Origin: Chloroflexota bacterium
Lineage (GTDB): Bacteria > Chloroflexota > UBA11872 > UBA12225
Length of the DNA stretch: 64,000 bases
Reading direction: 5' to 3'
Assembly (NCBI GenBank): GCA_009693165.1
Contig: SHXX01000004.1
Span: 1,829 to 65,828, forward strand
The position numbers were made by a program, and so were the translations under genes. Shown piece by piece: positions 1-9,787 of this stretch. The stretch's first letter is position 1. Each line of letters starts with the position of its first letter. The notes under the pieces are model-generated. The model was not told the DNA's origin and ran no database searches. It saw nothing but the letters and a program-made list of their open reading frames with translations.

Positions 1-192
1 ACCGCAAGAACCTCGCGTGCGCCCATCTTTTGATGGTTACCCGAGAAGTTGCCCGCCAAGTGTAGCGTCAGGCGTGTCGGGCCGTCCAACGTCCGTGTCT
101 CCGACAGCGCGAAGTGGCACACTGGACAGCATCGGGTTGAGTGGACATTTCGTGTCTCGCGAGGGGTTGCCATCAGGCCGGGGGGAGCTTGA

Positions 193-1197
193 ATGCGGGT
201 TGTGGTGACCGGTGGTGCCGGGTACATCGGCAGTGTAGTTGTTGCGCGACTTGTCGGGTCCGGACACGCGGCAACGGTCGTTGACGACCTCTCAAAGGGC
301 CATCGGGAAGCCGTCTCACAAGGCGCTTCGCTGGCAATTTGCGATCTTGGGGATCCGACGGCGCTGGGGCGCATCTTCAAGCAGTTCGCGCCCGATGCCG
401 TCGTCCATCTGGCAGCGCGAAGTCTGGTCGGCGAATCGATGACCATTCCGGGCACCTATTACCGGCAGAACGTTACGAATACCCTGAACGTCCTTGAGGC
501 AATGGACGCGGTGGGCTGCAACTCGATCGTGTTTTCGTCGACGGCGGCGGTCTATGGTGAACCGGACCTTGATGTGGGTGGAACGGGGATCGTTGAGGAA
601 TCACCGACCGTTCCGACCAACGTGTACGGGGAGACCAAGCTCGCTGCCGAACGCATGATCAGTTGGTACGCCGCGACACGTGGGTTCCGGACAATCGCGT
701 TGCGCTACTTCAACGCATCGGGGGCGGATGGAGGGCTCGGTGAGGATCACCGACCGGAAGCGCACCTGATCCCGAATGTCCTCAGGGTAGCACTTGGGCA
801 GGCATCGAACCTCGCGGTATTTGGTGGTGACCACCCGACGCCGGACGGTACTCCGATACGCGACTACGTTCACGTGACCGATTTGGCAGTTGCCCATATT
901 CGCGCCCTCGAAGTTCTCGACGCCGGAACGGTCACTCACGATACGCTCAACCTGGGTACCGGCAGTGGATTTTCGGTGGCCCAGATCGTGGAGACGGCGA
1001 GGCGCGTCACCGGTCACGCCATTCCCACGCTGACGACTGAACGCCGCGCCGGCGACCCACCAATCCTGGTTGCGAGTGGTGCGCGGGCGCGCACGGTGCT
1101 CGATTGGAACCCCTTGGAAAGCAGCATTGAAGCGATCATCGGTAGCGCATGGGAATGGCACAGGGCCCATCCTCACGGCTATTCAGGGTCACGCTAG
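193..1197 (+). CDS. galE: UDP-glucose 4-epimerase
   Basis: VTGGAGYIGS NAD motif, FSSTAAVYG, YGETK (YxxxK), LRYFNA, DGTPIRDYVHV; GGGAG RBS upstream. Confidence 0.93.
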   Translation: MRVVVTGGAGYIGSVVVARLVGSGHAATVVDDLSKGHREAVSQGASLAICDLGDPTALGRIFKQFAPDAVVHLAARSLVGESMTIPGTYYRQNVTNTLNVLEAMDAVGCNSIVFSSTAAVYGEPDLDVGGTGIVEESPTVPTNVYGETKLAAERMISWYAATRGFRTIALRYFNASGADGGLGEDHRPEAHLIPNVLRVALGQASNLAVFGGDHPTPDGTPIRDYVHVTDLAVAHIRALEVLDAGTVTHDTLNLGTGSGFSVAQIVETARRVTGHAIPTLTTERRAGDPPILVASGARARTVLDWNPLESSIEAIIGSAWEWHRAHPHGYSGSR

Positions 1198-1254
1198 CGC
1201 TGAAGCGGATTCGGCGCGGTTCGCTCCCTCCATTGGCAAAAGCGATGACCGCGA

Positions 1255-1953
1255 ATGATCCCGCTGAGTGACGAAAACCCGACCAGACGCATTCCAGCCG
1301 TCACGGTGACGCTCATCATTGCGTGTATTGCCGTGTTCGTCTACCAGTTTCAGCAGTCCATCAAGGGTGGTCCGTCATTCACCGCAAGCTGTGGGTTCAT
1401 TCCGTACGAGTTCCTGACAGGCAAGGACCTCCCCCCGTTCTCGTGCGTGACGCCGGTCCAGGCAACCATCTTGACCTCGATGTTCATGCACGGTGGTTTC
1501 CTGCATCTTGGAGGGAACATGCTGTACTTGTGGATATTTGGGAATAACATCGAGGATACGCTCGGGTCCCGGCGGTTCACGGTCTTCTACGTAATGTGTG
1601 GTGTCGCGGCGGCGCTGACCCAGACGGCATTGACCCTGTTCACCGCACCGGAGGAGATCGGGATTCCGATGGTCGGGGCCAGTGGCGCGATTGCCGGCGT
1701 CCTCGGCGCGTACCTCGTCCGTTTCCCGACCGCGCGTGTCCGCACGCTTGTGACCCTTGGGTTCTTCTGGCGAACGATCCAGCTTCCAGCGTTCCTCGTG
1801 CTTGGAGGATGGTTCGTGCTGCAATTCTTCCAGGGCGTTGCGTCGCTAGGTGGCAGCGATACCGGCGGGGTCGCTGTCTGGGCCCACGTCGGAGGGTTCG
1901 TCGCCGGCCTCATGCTAATTACCCCACTTGTGCCCCGCAGGCAACCGGTGTAG
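1255..1953 (+). CDS. Rhomboid-family intramembrane serine protease
   Basis: MFMHGGFLHLGGNM, catalytic GASG and AHVGG motifs, several TM helices. Confidence 0.92.
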   Translation: MIPLSDENPTRRIPAVTVTLIIACIAVFVYQFQQSIKGGPSFTASCGFIPYEFLTGKDLPPFSCVTPVQATILTSMFMHGGFLHLGGNMLYLWIFGNNIEDTLGSRRFTVFYVMCGVAAALTQTALTLFTAPEEIGIPMVGASGAIAGVLGAYLVRFPTARVRTLVTLGFFWRTIQLPAFLVLGGWFVLQFFQGVASLGGSDTGGVAVWAHVGGFVAGLMLITPLVPRRQPV

Positions 1954-2061
1954 GGAGGATGTGGGTGAGGGGGATATCGGTTCCGCCAACTCGATCCATC
2001 GATATCAATATAAATCCGCAAGTGAACTATGTTTTGTGTCCCGGCCAGAAATCTACCCTAC

Positions 2062-3453
2062 TCAATCCGGGTTCCCGCCGGCTTGGGTCACAGCAGCGCG
2101 GGCTGCATCCTGGGCTTCGGCGAGGACTTCCCGGGCGGGGCGCTGTTGATGGAGGACCGCCTTCAGGGCTGGGGCCATCACCCGGGAGATTTCGGGCCAG
2201 TACGACCCCTGGATGCAGGACACAAGATTTGTGGTCGCGTCGCGAAGCACCTGCCCGATTGGTTGGTCGTGGAACCACGCAATCCGGTCGCCAAGACGCG
2301 GTTCATCAAACAGGCGCCGGTTGACTGGCCACATTTGTCGCTTGTCAAAATCGTGCAAGACCGCTTGCGTGGTGTGGGCCCAGAGTGCGAACTCGGTGGC
2401 AATGTTTACGTCCGGGCTGTGCTTCATCACCCCAACGCCTGAGCCTCCGCTACACACTGATGGTGGCGCGTGCGACATGCCAGTCCAACGCGGCAACGCT
2501 TGCACCATCCACTTCCCGAAGGTATCCGGCGCATCCACCCGCATCTGCCCCGAAAGACGCGCCATCGGCCCGATGTCACCCGCGACGCGCCCGCTGTTGA
2601 ACGATGCCTTCGCGACCGCGCCAATCATGTCCCCGCCTTCCCGATTGCCACCGAGTCGATCATATGGAAGGAGGGTTGCCACATTGTGCTTGAACACGAG
2701 GTCTGCAAGGAAATCAAGCGTGCGGACGTTCGCTGGATGGTCAATCTGCAAGCGCCCGCCCGTTGTCACGTATCCGCCTCCCGCCTGCGTCGACAGGGTG
2801 AGGTGCGTGCCCGCCGGGTCGGCGCGGACATAGAACAGGCCGTCGGGTGAGGCCGAGACCACCTTCTTGCCCGCGGCGATGACGTCGTCCCACACCGTAA
2901 GCGGCGTTCGGACGCCGGCGCCGTTCCAGATGTCGTGGCGGTATCCGAGCAATGCGACGTTCAATTCATTGCCAAGCGCGTAGAACCTGCCACCCTTCGA
3001 CCATGGCTCGGAAAATGCCGGCCCGATAAAATCCCGGTCTGCGCCCTTGAGGCGGTCGTTGAACGCGACCAACGGGATGTCAGGCAATCGCAGGATCCGA
3101 CCGACGAACGACTGGTCGAGATCGACGAGGTCGGGAAAGCCACCCCCGGCGGCGATCGTGATCAGCAGTGTCTGGACGAGCCTTGATGGATCGGCCTGTT
3201 GGGTCCATCTGATCCGGAGTTCTGATCCCCGTGAGGCGTTGAAGTCGGTCAGGGCGGCATCAAGCCACTCATATCGACCTTCGACGGTGTACCAGGCTTG
3301 GAGGTCGGTGGTTGCCGGCTTTGCGGGGGCGGGCCCAAGTGGGAATGTGCCCGGTGAACAGGCCTCAAGGAGTGATCCGAGGGCTCCGACGGTGCCGATG
3401 GCGAGGGCGGTCCGCCTTGTGGGGAATGATCTCGGGGACTGCACGACGCACAT
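2062..3453 (-). CDS. Carbohydrate ABC transporter solute-binding lipoprotein (family 1), Tat/lipoprotein signal
   Basis: TRRTAL twin-arginine motif plus LEAC lipobox; GGGFPDL, YRHDIW..AG and GGSGVGV-type SBP_bac_1 patterns; start codon uncertain. Confidence 0.75.
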   Translation of the reverse strand: MCVVQSPRSFPTRRTALAIGTVGALGSLLEACSPGTFPLGPAPAKPATTDLQAWYTVEGRYEWLDAALTDFNASRGSELRIRWTQQADPSRLVQTLLITIAAGGGFPDLVDLDQSFVGRILRLPDIPLVAFNDRLKGADRDFIGPAFSEPWSKGGRFYALGNELNVALLGYRHDIWNGAGVRTPLTVWDDVIAAGKKVVSASPDGLFYVRADPAGTHLTLSTQAGGGYVTTGGRLQIDHPANVRTLDFLADLVFKHNVATLLPYDRLGGNREGGDMIGAVAKASFNSGRVAGDIGPMARLSGQMRVDAPDTFGKWMVQALPRWTGMSHAPPSVCSGGSGVGVMKHSPDVNIATEFALWAHTTQAVLHDFDKRQMWPVNRRLFDEPRLGDRIAWFHDQPIGQVLRDATTNLVSCIQGSYWPEISRVMAPALKAVLHQQRPAREVLAEAQDAARAAVTQAGGNPD

Positions 3454-3639
3454 GGTGCCACGGCGTCATACCCGCCCATGGTGCTGGTCATGGTTGCGTG
3501 GTAAAGGCTCCGGGGCTATATTGGAGTTCCGGGGGACCCACGCGGTGTGCGCGGGCTTCGGTTGCAAGCTCGTTGCGAATTCGCCGTACCGGTGCGTGTG
3601 ACGCAGGTGGGTTCCCTAGCGGATAAGGAGAGCAGGATC

Positions 3640-5061
3640 ATGATCAACGGGGACTTGGAATTTGGTCGGCGCGCACCATCGCGCCGTGGGTTCCTTGCAA
3701 TGGCGATGGCTGGACTTACGGGTGTGCTCACGGCTTGCGGGGGTGAGGAAGCGAAGCCCGCGGCTGAGGCTCCGAAGGCGCCAGCCGCCGGGGCCGCGGC
3801 ACCTACCGCTGCCGCCGCCGCGACCAAGGCGCCAGCAGCTGCGCCGACGAGCGCTCCGGCACCCAAGCAAGTGGAAATCCGTACCAACTTCCGTCAGGGT
3901 GGTGATGCCGAGTGGCAGGCGCGCCTGATGCCGAAGTTCATGGAAAAGAACCCGAACATCAAGGTGGTTCTTGACACGCTTCCAGGGGAGCCCGAGTACT
4001 GGGCGAAGGTCGCGGCGCTGTTCGCAACCGGACAGGCGGGCGACTTCATCTGGGCAAGCAACGGCAACTTCCTCGGATATGCGGAGAACGGGATCCCGCG
4101 TGAGCTCGACTCGATCATCTCCAAGGACAAGTACGACCTCGGCGACTACACGAAGGTCGGGCTAGACAACATGCGCTTCCAAGGCAAGTTGTTCGGCATG
4201 CCGTGGGGATCGCACTGCCAGAACTGCCTGGTGATGTACAACGAGGACCTCTTGAAGGAAGCCGGCGTCACGATTGAGCAGGCAACTGCCAGCTACGACG
4301 CCCTCTATGAGGCAGCCAAGAAGGCGACAAAGGGTGCTGCCGGAAGCCGTACCCAGTTCGGGTTCCTGCCGGCCGGTGGACAGACGGCGCTGAGCTGCAA
4401 CATGCGCGCATACGGTGGGGAAACCTACGACGCTGCCGGCAAGAAGCTGCTCATGAATGAGCCTGCAGCGATGGAAGGTATCAAGTGGACCCAGAAGATG
4501 TGGAAGGACGCCGCCCCGGTCTTCGGGTCGGGGTTCAACAGTGACGAACTGTTCGCGACCGGGAAGATCGCGATGGTCCAGGCCGGCTATGGGAACCACT
4601 TCGTGCCAGGTGAGAAGGCGATTGCCGGCAAATTCAAGTGGGGCATCACCCTGATGCCAAAGGGTCCGAAAGGCATCGTTGGCACCCAGTTCACGGTCAA
4701 TGGCATCACGATCAACTCGGCGACCAAGCAGCCCGACGCGACCTGGGAGTACATGAAGTTCATGATGGACCCGGTCACCCAGGAGGAGATTGTCCTGAAC
4801 AATGGCGGTCGGCCGGCAGCCCGCAAGGCCGTCCTCGACAATCCGAAGATCCTGTCGACGGTCACCTCGCACAAGGCGATGCGACCGCTTTATGACACTG
4901 CCTTGGGTTGGCCTGCACCCGCGAATAGCCGCTGGCCTGAGTTCACCACCACGCTTGACCAAGTCATGCAACCGATCTGGACGGGTGCGATCGAGCTTGA
5001 GCCGGGGATGAAGGCAGCCACTACCAAGTTGCAGGAGATCCTGGACAAGCCGAAGTCCTGA
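3640..5061 (+). CDS. Carbohydrate ABC transporter solute-binding lipoprotein with Tat signal and Ala/Pro/Thr linker
   Basis: AAGGAG RBS then ATG 3640; SRRGFL Tat motif, LTAC lipobox, YNEDLLKEAG, FATGKIAM, PDATWEYMKF; lies directly upstream of two permeases. Confidence 0.88.
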   Translation: MINGDLEFGRRAPSRRGFLAMAMAGLTGVLTACGGEEAKPAAEAPKAPAAGAAAPTAAAAATKAPAAAPTSAPAPKQVEIRTNFRQGGDAEWQARLMPKFMEKNPNIKVVLDTLPGEPEYWAKVAALFATGQAGDFIWASNGNFLGYAENGIPRELDSIISKDKYDLGDYTKVGLDNMRFQGKLFGMPWGSHCQNCLVMYNEDLLKEAGVTIEQATASYDALYEAAKKATKGAAGSRTQFGFLPAGGQTALSCNMRAYGGETYDAAGKKLLMNEPAAMEGIKWTQKMWKDAAPVFGSGFNSDELFATGKIAMVQAGYGNHFVPGEKAIAGKFKWGITLMPKGPKGIVGTQFTVNGITINSATKQPDATWEYMKFMMDPVTQEEIVLNNGGRPAARKAVLDNPKILSTVTSHKAMRPLYDTALGWPAPANSRWPEFTTTLDQVMQPIWTGAIELEPGMKAATTKLQEILDKPKS

Positions 5062-5195
5062 GGTCGCCGCTTCGGCGGTTGCTTCATCACTGATCGGACG
5101 TGCCGTGTACCCAGTCAGGGTGCACGGCATCCGGGAGTCGGGCGCCTCCACGGCGAACCAGCCCAACACGTACTTGGGGGAAACCTGCACACGCC

Positions 5196-6146
5196 ATGGT
5201 TGCCGTCGCAAGCACTTCGCCTGTTCGCGCCACCCCCGTGAAACGCCGTCGGTGGCGCGCGCGGGACTTCCAGGGTTGGCTCTGGGCTTCCCCATGGATC
5301 CTTGGGTTCGTCCTCTGGACCCTCGGGCCAATGCTGTGGTCCCTGTATCTGGCCTTCACCCGCTACAGCATCATCCGTGCACCCATTTGGGTCGGCCTTG
5401 ACAACTTTCAGCGTGCCTTCCAGGGTGGCGATAGCCTGTTCTGGCCGTCCATGGGGCGGACGTTTACCTGGGCCCTGGTCATGGTTCCCCTGAGCCTGAT
5501 GGGGTCCCTGCTGACCGCCCTCATGCTGAACCAGGGATTGCGCGGCACCGCAATTCTCCGGACGCTATTTTTCATCCCCTCGCTCACGCCTGCGGTGGCA
5601 TTGGCGGTGCTGTGGCGGTGGATCTACCAACCCGACTTTGGCGCGCTGAACTACCTTCTGCGAGAACTTGGTGTCTCGTCTCCGCCTGCTTGGCTAGCCG
5701 ATGCGCGGTTTGCCATGCCGTCCCTGATGGTGATGACACTCTGGGGAGCCGTGGGTGGTGGGACCATGCTGATCTTCCTGGCCGGGCTTCAGGGCATTCC
5801 GCAGGAACTCTACGAGGCGGCAGAAATTGACGGTGCAGGGCGTGCGGCGAGATTTCGCAATGTCACCCTGCCACTTCTCACGCCGACAATCTTCTTCAAT
5901 CTCATCATTGGTGTCATTGCGGCGCTGCGGACCTTCACCACCGCGTTTGTCGCCACCGGAGGTGGCCCGAATTACGCGACGTGGTTCTATATCTTGCACT
6001 TGTATCAAACAGCATTCCAGAACTTTGAACTCGGATATGCGTCCGCTCTGGCATGGATCTTCTTCGTCATCGTGATTGGCCTGACACTAGCCAATCTCAG
6101 ATTGTCGCGGCGCTGGGTCTACTACGAGGGCGAGGAGGCGATATGA
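5196..6146 (+). CDS. Carbohydrate ABC transporter permease (MalF/UgpA-like)
   Basis: EAA loop (LQGIPQELYEAAEIDGAG), SPWILGF, GYASALAW; start placed at ATG 5196 (uncertain). Confidence 0.9.
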   Translation: MVAVASTSPVRATPVKRRRWRARDFQGWLWASPWILGFVLWTLGPMLWSLYLAFTRYSIIRAPIWVGLDNFQRAFQGGDSLFWPSMGRTFTWALVMVPLSLMGSLLTALMLNQGLRGTAILRTLFFIPSLTPAVALAVLWRWIYQPDFGALNYLLRELGVSSPPAWLADARFAMPSLMVMTLWGAVGGGTMLIFLAGLQGIPQELYEAAEIDGAGRAARFRNVTLPLLTPTIFFNLIIGVIAALRTFTTAFVATGGGPNYATWFYILHLYQTAFQNFELGYASALAWIFFVIVIGLTLANLRLSRRWVYYEGEEAI

Positions 6147-7075
6147 CCGCCACCGGGGTTGAACCCAAGCCTCCCGAGCCGTCCGAGGCGCGCCAGTCAT
6201 CGATGCCACTGGACCAGCGGATCCGTCGCGTGTTCCTGTATGCTGGGTCTATCCTGCTCGCGGTGATGTTTTCATCGCCGTTTGTCTTCTCGGTCGCAAG
6301 CAGCCTCAAGACGGTTGCAGAGATCCATTCATTTCCACCCACGCTCCTCCCCGCGGTGCCCCAGTGGGAGAATTACGTCGCCGTCTTTTCACTCAAGGGT
6401 GTGCCGTTTGCCCAGTTTTACCTGAACTCGGCGTTGATCACATTCACCAGCATGTTCGGGACCATCACGACCGCTGCCGTGTCAGCCTACGGGTTTGCGC
6501 GGTTCAAGTGGCCCGGGCGCGACGCAATGTTCATGGTCTTGCTCAGCACGCTGGTCCTTCCGGAAGAAGTCGTGCTGATCCCGAAGTTCCTGATGTTCAA
6601 CAATGTGCCAAAGGCACTGATTGGCAAGACCCTGATTGACACGTATTGGCCGTTGATCCTGCCATCCTGGTTCGGAGGCGGGGCGTTCAACGTCTTCCTT
6701 TTGCGCCAGTTCTTCATGCAGATCCCGCGCGACTTCGACGAGGCGGCGGTCCTTGATGGTGCGTCAAGTCGGCAGATCTTCTGGATGATCATGCTCCCGT
6801 TGTCACGTCCTGCGCTTGCAACGGTGGCCGTTTTCTCGTTCCTCGGTCAGTGGAACGACTTCATCCATCCCTTGATCTATCTGAACACCAGTGACAAGTT
6901 CCCCCTTAGTTTGGGGTTGAGGTACTTCCAACAGCAGCCGACAGATGCGATGGAACCCCGCGAACACCTGCTCATGGCGGCGTCGCTGCTGATGGTTGCG
7001 CCGGCGATCACGGTGTACCTGTTCGCACAGCGGTATTTCGTACGCGGGATCGTGATGAGCGGGATCAAGGGGTAG
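6143..7075 (+). CDS. Carbohydrate ABC transporter permease (MalG/UgpE-like)
   Basis: FLLRQFFMQIPRDFDEAAVLDGAS EAA loop, WNDFIHPLIYL, QRYFVRGI; ATGA overlap and GAGGAGG RBS. Confidence 0.92.
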   Translation: MTATGVEPKPPEPSEARQSSMPLDQRIRRVFLYAGSILLAVMFSSPFVFSVASSLKTVAEIHSFPPTLLPAVPQWENYVAVFSLKGVPFAQFYLNSALITFTSMFGTITTAAVSAYGFARFKWPGRDAMFMVLLSTLVLPEEVVLIPKFLMFNNVPKALIGKTLIDTYWPLILPSWFGGGAFNVFLLRQFFMQIPRDFDEAAVLDGASSRQIFWMIMLPLSRPALATVAVFSFLGQWNDFIHPLIYLNTSDKFPLSLGLRYFQQQPTDAMEPREHLLMAASLLMVAPAITVYLFAQRYFVRGIVMSGIKG

Positions 7076-7138
7076 TTCGGGGGGAACCGGTGGTCCTGTT
7101 TTTCCAGGGGCGCATCGGTCGCGCGAGTTCTGGGAGGT

Positions 7139-9667
7139 CTAGGCGTCGGGTCCGCGCAACCGTGCGCCAACCTGACGTTCTGCCTGGGCGATGATCTTTG
7201 CCCGCAGCGGAGTGACTTCCTCACCTGTGAGGGTGTGGTCTGGCGCGCGGAACGTCAGCGTGTAAGCGAGGCTTCTCGTTCCGACCGGGACGCGTTCCCC
7301 GGTATAGACGTCAAACATGTCCAATCGCTCCAGAAGCGGTGCTCCGGTGCGAAGGAGGCTCGACGTCAGCCGTTCGGCCGGAATTGCATCGGGCAGGATG
7401 AATGCCAGGTCCTCGATGACGGCTTGGAACCGTGGCAGCGGTGTTACGGGTACGACGTCACGCGCCTTCGCGATCACGCGGTCAAGATCGAGCGACGCGA
7501 GAAGCACTCGCTCACCGATGCCATTGCCACTCGCGACGGCGCGATCGACCTCGCCGATGACACCGATCACATCCTCTGGCCTGACGGGTTTCCGGCCCGC
7601 GGCTTCCGGCCGGTGGTCCAGGACAATCGCGGCGGTCCGATATGGATGGAATGCCGGATGAGCGAGTGCGATATAGCCGTGACCATTGATACCCAGTCGG
7701 CCTAGGATCGCCTCGACGGTCGCCTTGAGGTCGTGGAAACTGTTTTCGTGACGTTCACCAATCGCGTCTCCGGATCGATGTGCGCCCAAGCCGATTGTGA
7801 CAATCCGTCGCTCTTCCGGCAGGTCGCCGGCTCGTGGGACGAAGATGCGCCCGACGTCGAACAAGTGAACATCCCGGTCTGCGTGTCGGAGACCCGCGCG
7901 AACCGCGTCGAGCATCGACTGAAGTGACGACGTGCGCATCACTTCCTGGTCGCCCGAAGCCGGGTTGGATATTCGAACTGGACCGACATTGGGATGCACT
8001 CTGGCATCAACCAGGTCAGCCAGGTCAGAAGACGCGGCGTGCGGAACCCGGCCGAGGCGTGCCACGCTTGTCCACGTATAGGGGACGATTTCCGCGTGTC
8101 CAGAACCGGCCAGGATGTCGCGGACCGCATCCTCCCAGAAGATTGATGGTGCCTGAGGCAGCTGGGGCAGTGCCCCCTCCATGATGGTTGACGGAACTTT
8201 CTCGTATCCGTCAATCCGGGCGACCTCCTCGACGAGGTCGGCTGCCTGTTCAATGTCCAGACGCCAGACGGGTGCCTCGACGGTGAAGACGGTGTCGGGT
8301 CCGTCCCCGTGCATCGAAAAAGCAAACCCCAGGCGTGTGAACACGCTTGCGACCGTCTCGGGCTGATACGTGATCCCGAGAAGACGGGTGCATTCCGAGA
8401 TTGGCATTCGGATTGGGTCGCGTGACGCATGACCGGGCCAGGCGTCGATCGCATCGCCAACCATGATTGCCCCCGCGAGGTCAACCATCAGGCGGGCAGC
8501 ACGTAGCGCGGCGGGAAGCGCATGGTCCTGGGGAACGCCGCGTTCAAACCGGCGCGAAGCGTCGGTCGGGCGGGGAAGCAACGCGCGGGCAGTTCGCCGC
8601 ACATTGGACTGTTTCCAGTTTGCTGCTTCCAGGAGGATTGAGGTGGACTGTTCGCTGATCTCAGTGAGCGCGCCGCCGATGATGCCGGCAAGGCTATAGG
8701 GGTGGCCGCCATGGTCCGGGTGACCAGCCACGACCACCATGTCAGGGTTCAGTGTCACCGCCTCACGTTCGGCAGCGAGGGTTTGGAGGATCTCGCCCGC
8801 CCGCGCCGCCCGCGCCACCAAGTGTCCTCTGGGTACGCGGTCGTAGTCGAATGCGTGCAGGGGCTGTCCCCATTCGATCATCACGAAGTTCGTGATATCG
8901 ACGACGTTGTTGATGGCCCGAATGCCGGCCGCTTGGAGACGCTCCTGCATCCAGGCGGGCGACGGGCCAATCTTGACATCTTTAAGGAGGACCGATACGA
9001 ACCTTGGACAGAGGGCGGGGGCGTCGATTGTCACACCAAGTGGTTCGTCTGACCTTCGGGCGCGTGATGGTTGGATATCGCCATCAGGGAACCGTACCGT
9101 TTGACCGGTCAGGGCAGCGACCTCGCGTGCAACGCCGATCATCGACAGGCCGTCCGGCCTCCCCTTGAGGTCAAGTTCGATGACGGTGTCGCCGAGCGCT
9201 TCTGAAAGTGGAACACCAACCCGGGTTTCGGTCGGGAGGATGAGGATGCCCGAATGGTCATCGTTCAGGCCGAGTTCGAACCCGGACATCACCATGGCTT
9301 CGGATGGAATGCCCCGCATCACTGTTGGTTGGAGTGTTCGTTCAACCGGGGGCGAGACGTGAGAATCACGATATCGGGTTCCCACCAGTCCGACTGGCAC
9401 GATGTCGCCCACGGCGATGTTCGTTGCACCCGTGACCACTTGGATGCGTCGATTGGCGCCGTAATAGGCGTCCACCAACTGCAGCCTGTCCGCATTCGGG
9501 TGACGCGAAAGACCATCGATCCGTGCCGTCCAGACGTGGTCCCACGCGACACCGACTGGATGGATCGCGTCGACCTCAATGCCCGCCATCGTCAAGAGAC
9601 GCCCGAGTTCTACGGCGGACACCGTCACATCGACGTAATCCTGCAGCCACTTCAATGAGACGCGCAT
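7139..9667 (-). CDS. pheT: Phenylalanine--tRNA ligase beta subunit
   Basis: MRVSLKWL, HPNADRL, INNVVDITNFVMIEWGQPLHAFD, DLVEEVARIDGY, C-terminal FDX-ACB domain. Confidence 0.97.
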   Translation of the reverse strand: MRVSLKWLQDYVDVTVSAVELGRLLTMAGIEVDAIHPVGVAWDHVWTARIDGLSRHPNADRLQLVDAYYGANRRIQVVTGATNIAVGDIVPVGLVGTRYRDSHVSPPVERTLQPTVMRGIPSEAMVMSGFELGLNDDHSGILILPTETRVGVPLSEALGDTVIELDLKGRPDGLSMIGVAREVAALTGQTVRFPDGDIQPSRARRSDEPLGVTIDAPALCPRFVSVLLKDVKIGPSPAWMQERLQAAGIRAINNVVDITNFVMIEWGQPLHAFDYDRVPRGHLVARAARAGEILQTLAAEREAVTLNPDMVVVAGHPDHGGHPYSLAGIIGGALTEISEQSTSILLEAANWKQSNVRRTARALLPRPTDASRRFERGVPQDHALPAALRAARLMVDLAGAIMVGDAIDAWPGHASRDPIRMPISECTRLLGITYQPETVASVFTRLGFAFSMHGDGPDTVFTVEAPVWRLDIEQAADLVEEVARIDGYEKVPSTIMEGALPQLPQAPSIFWEDAVRDILAGSGHAEIVPYTWTSVARLGRVPHAASSDLADLVDARVHPNVGPVRISNPASGDQEVMRTSSLQSMLDAVRAGLRHADRDVHLFDVGRIFVPRAGDLPEERRIVTIGLGAHRSGDAIGERHENSFHDLKATVEAILGRLGINGHGYIALAHPAFHPYRTAAIVLDHRPEAAGRKPVRPEDVIGVIGEVDRAVASGNGIGERVLLASLDLDRVIAKARDVVPVTPLPRFQAVIEDLAFILPDAIPAERLTSSLLRTGAPLLERLDMFDVYTGERVPVGTRSLAYTLTFRAPDHTLTGEEVTPLRAKIIAQAERQVGARLRGPDA

Positions 9668-9787
9668 GATGATCTCCTGTGGTGGGCCTCAACGGTCCGC
9701 CGCGAACGAAAGATGAGTGCGTTCAAAAAATTGGGCCCAGACTGCCAACGGGCATCCGGACTAGGCCCTCGTGTCCTATCTGCATGT

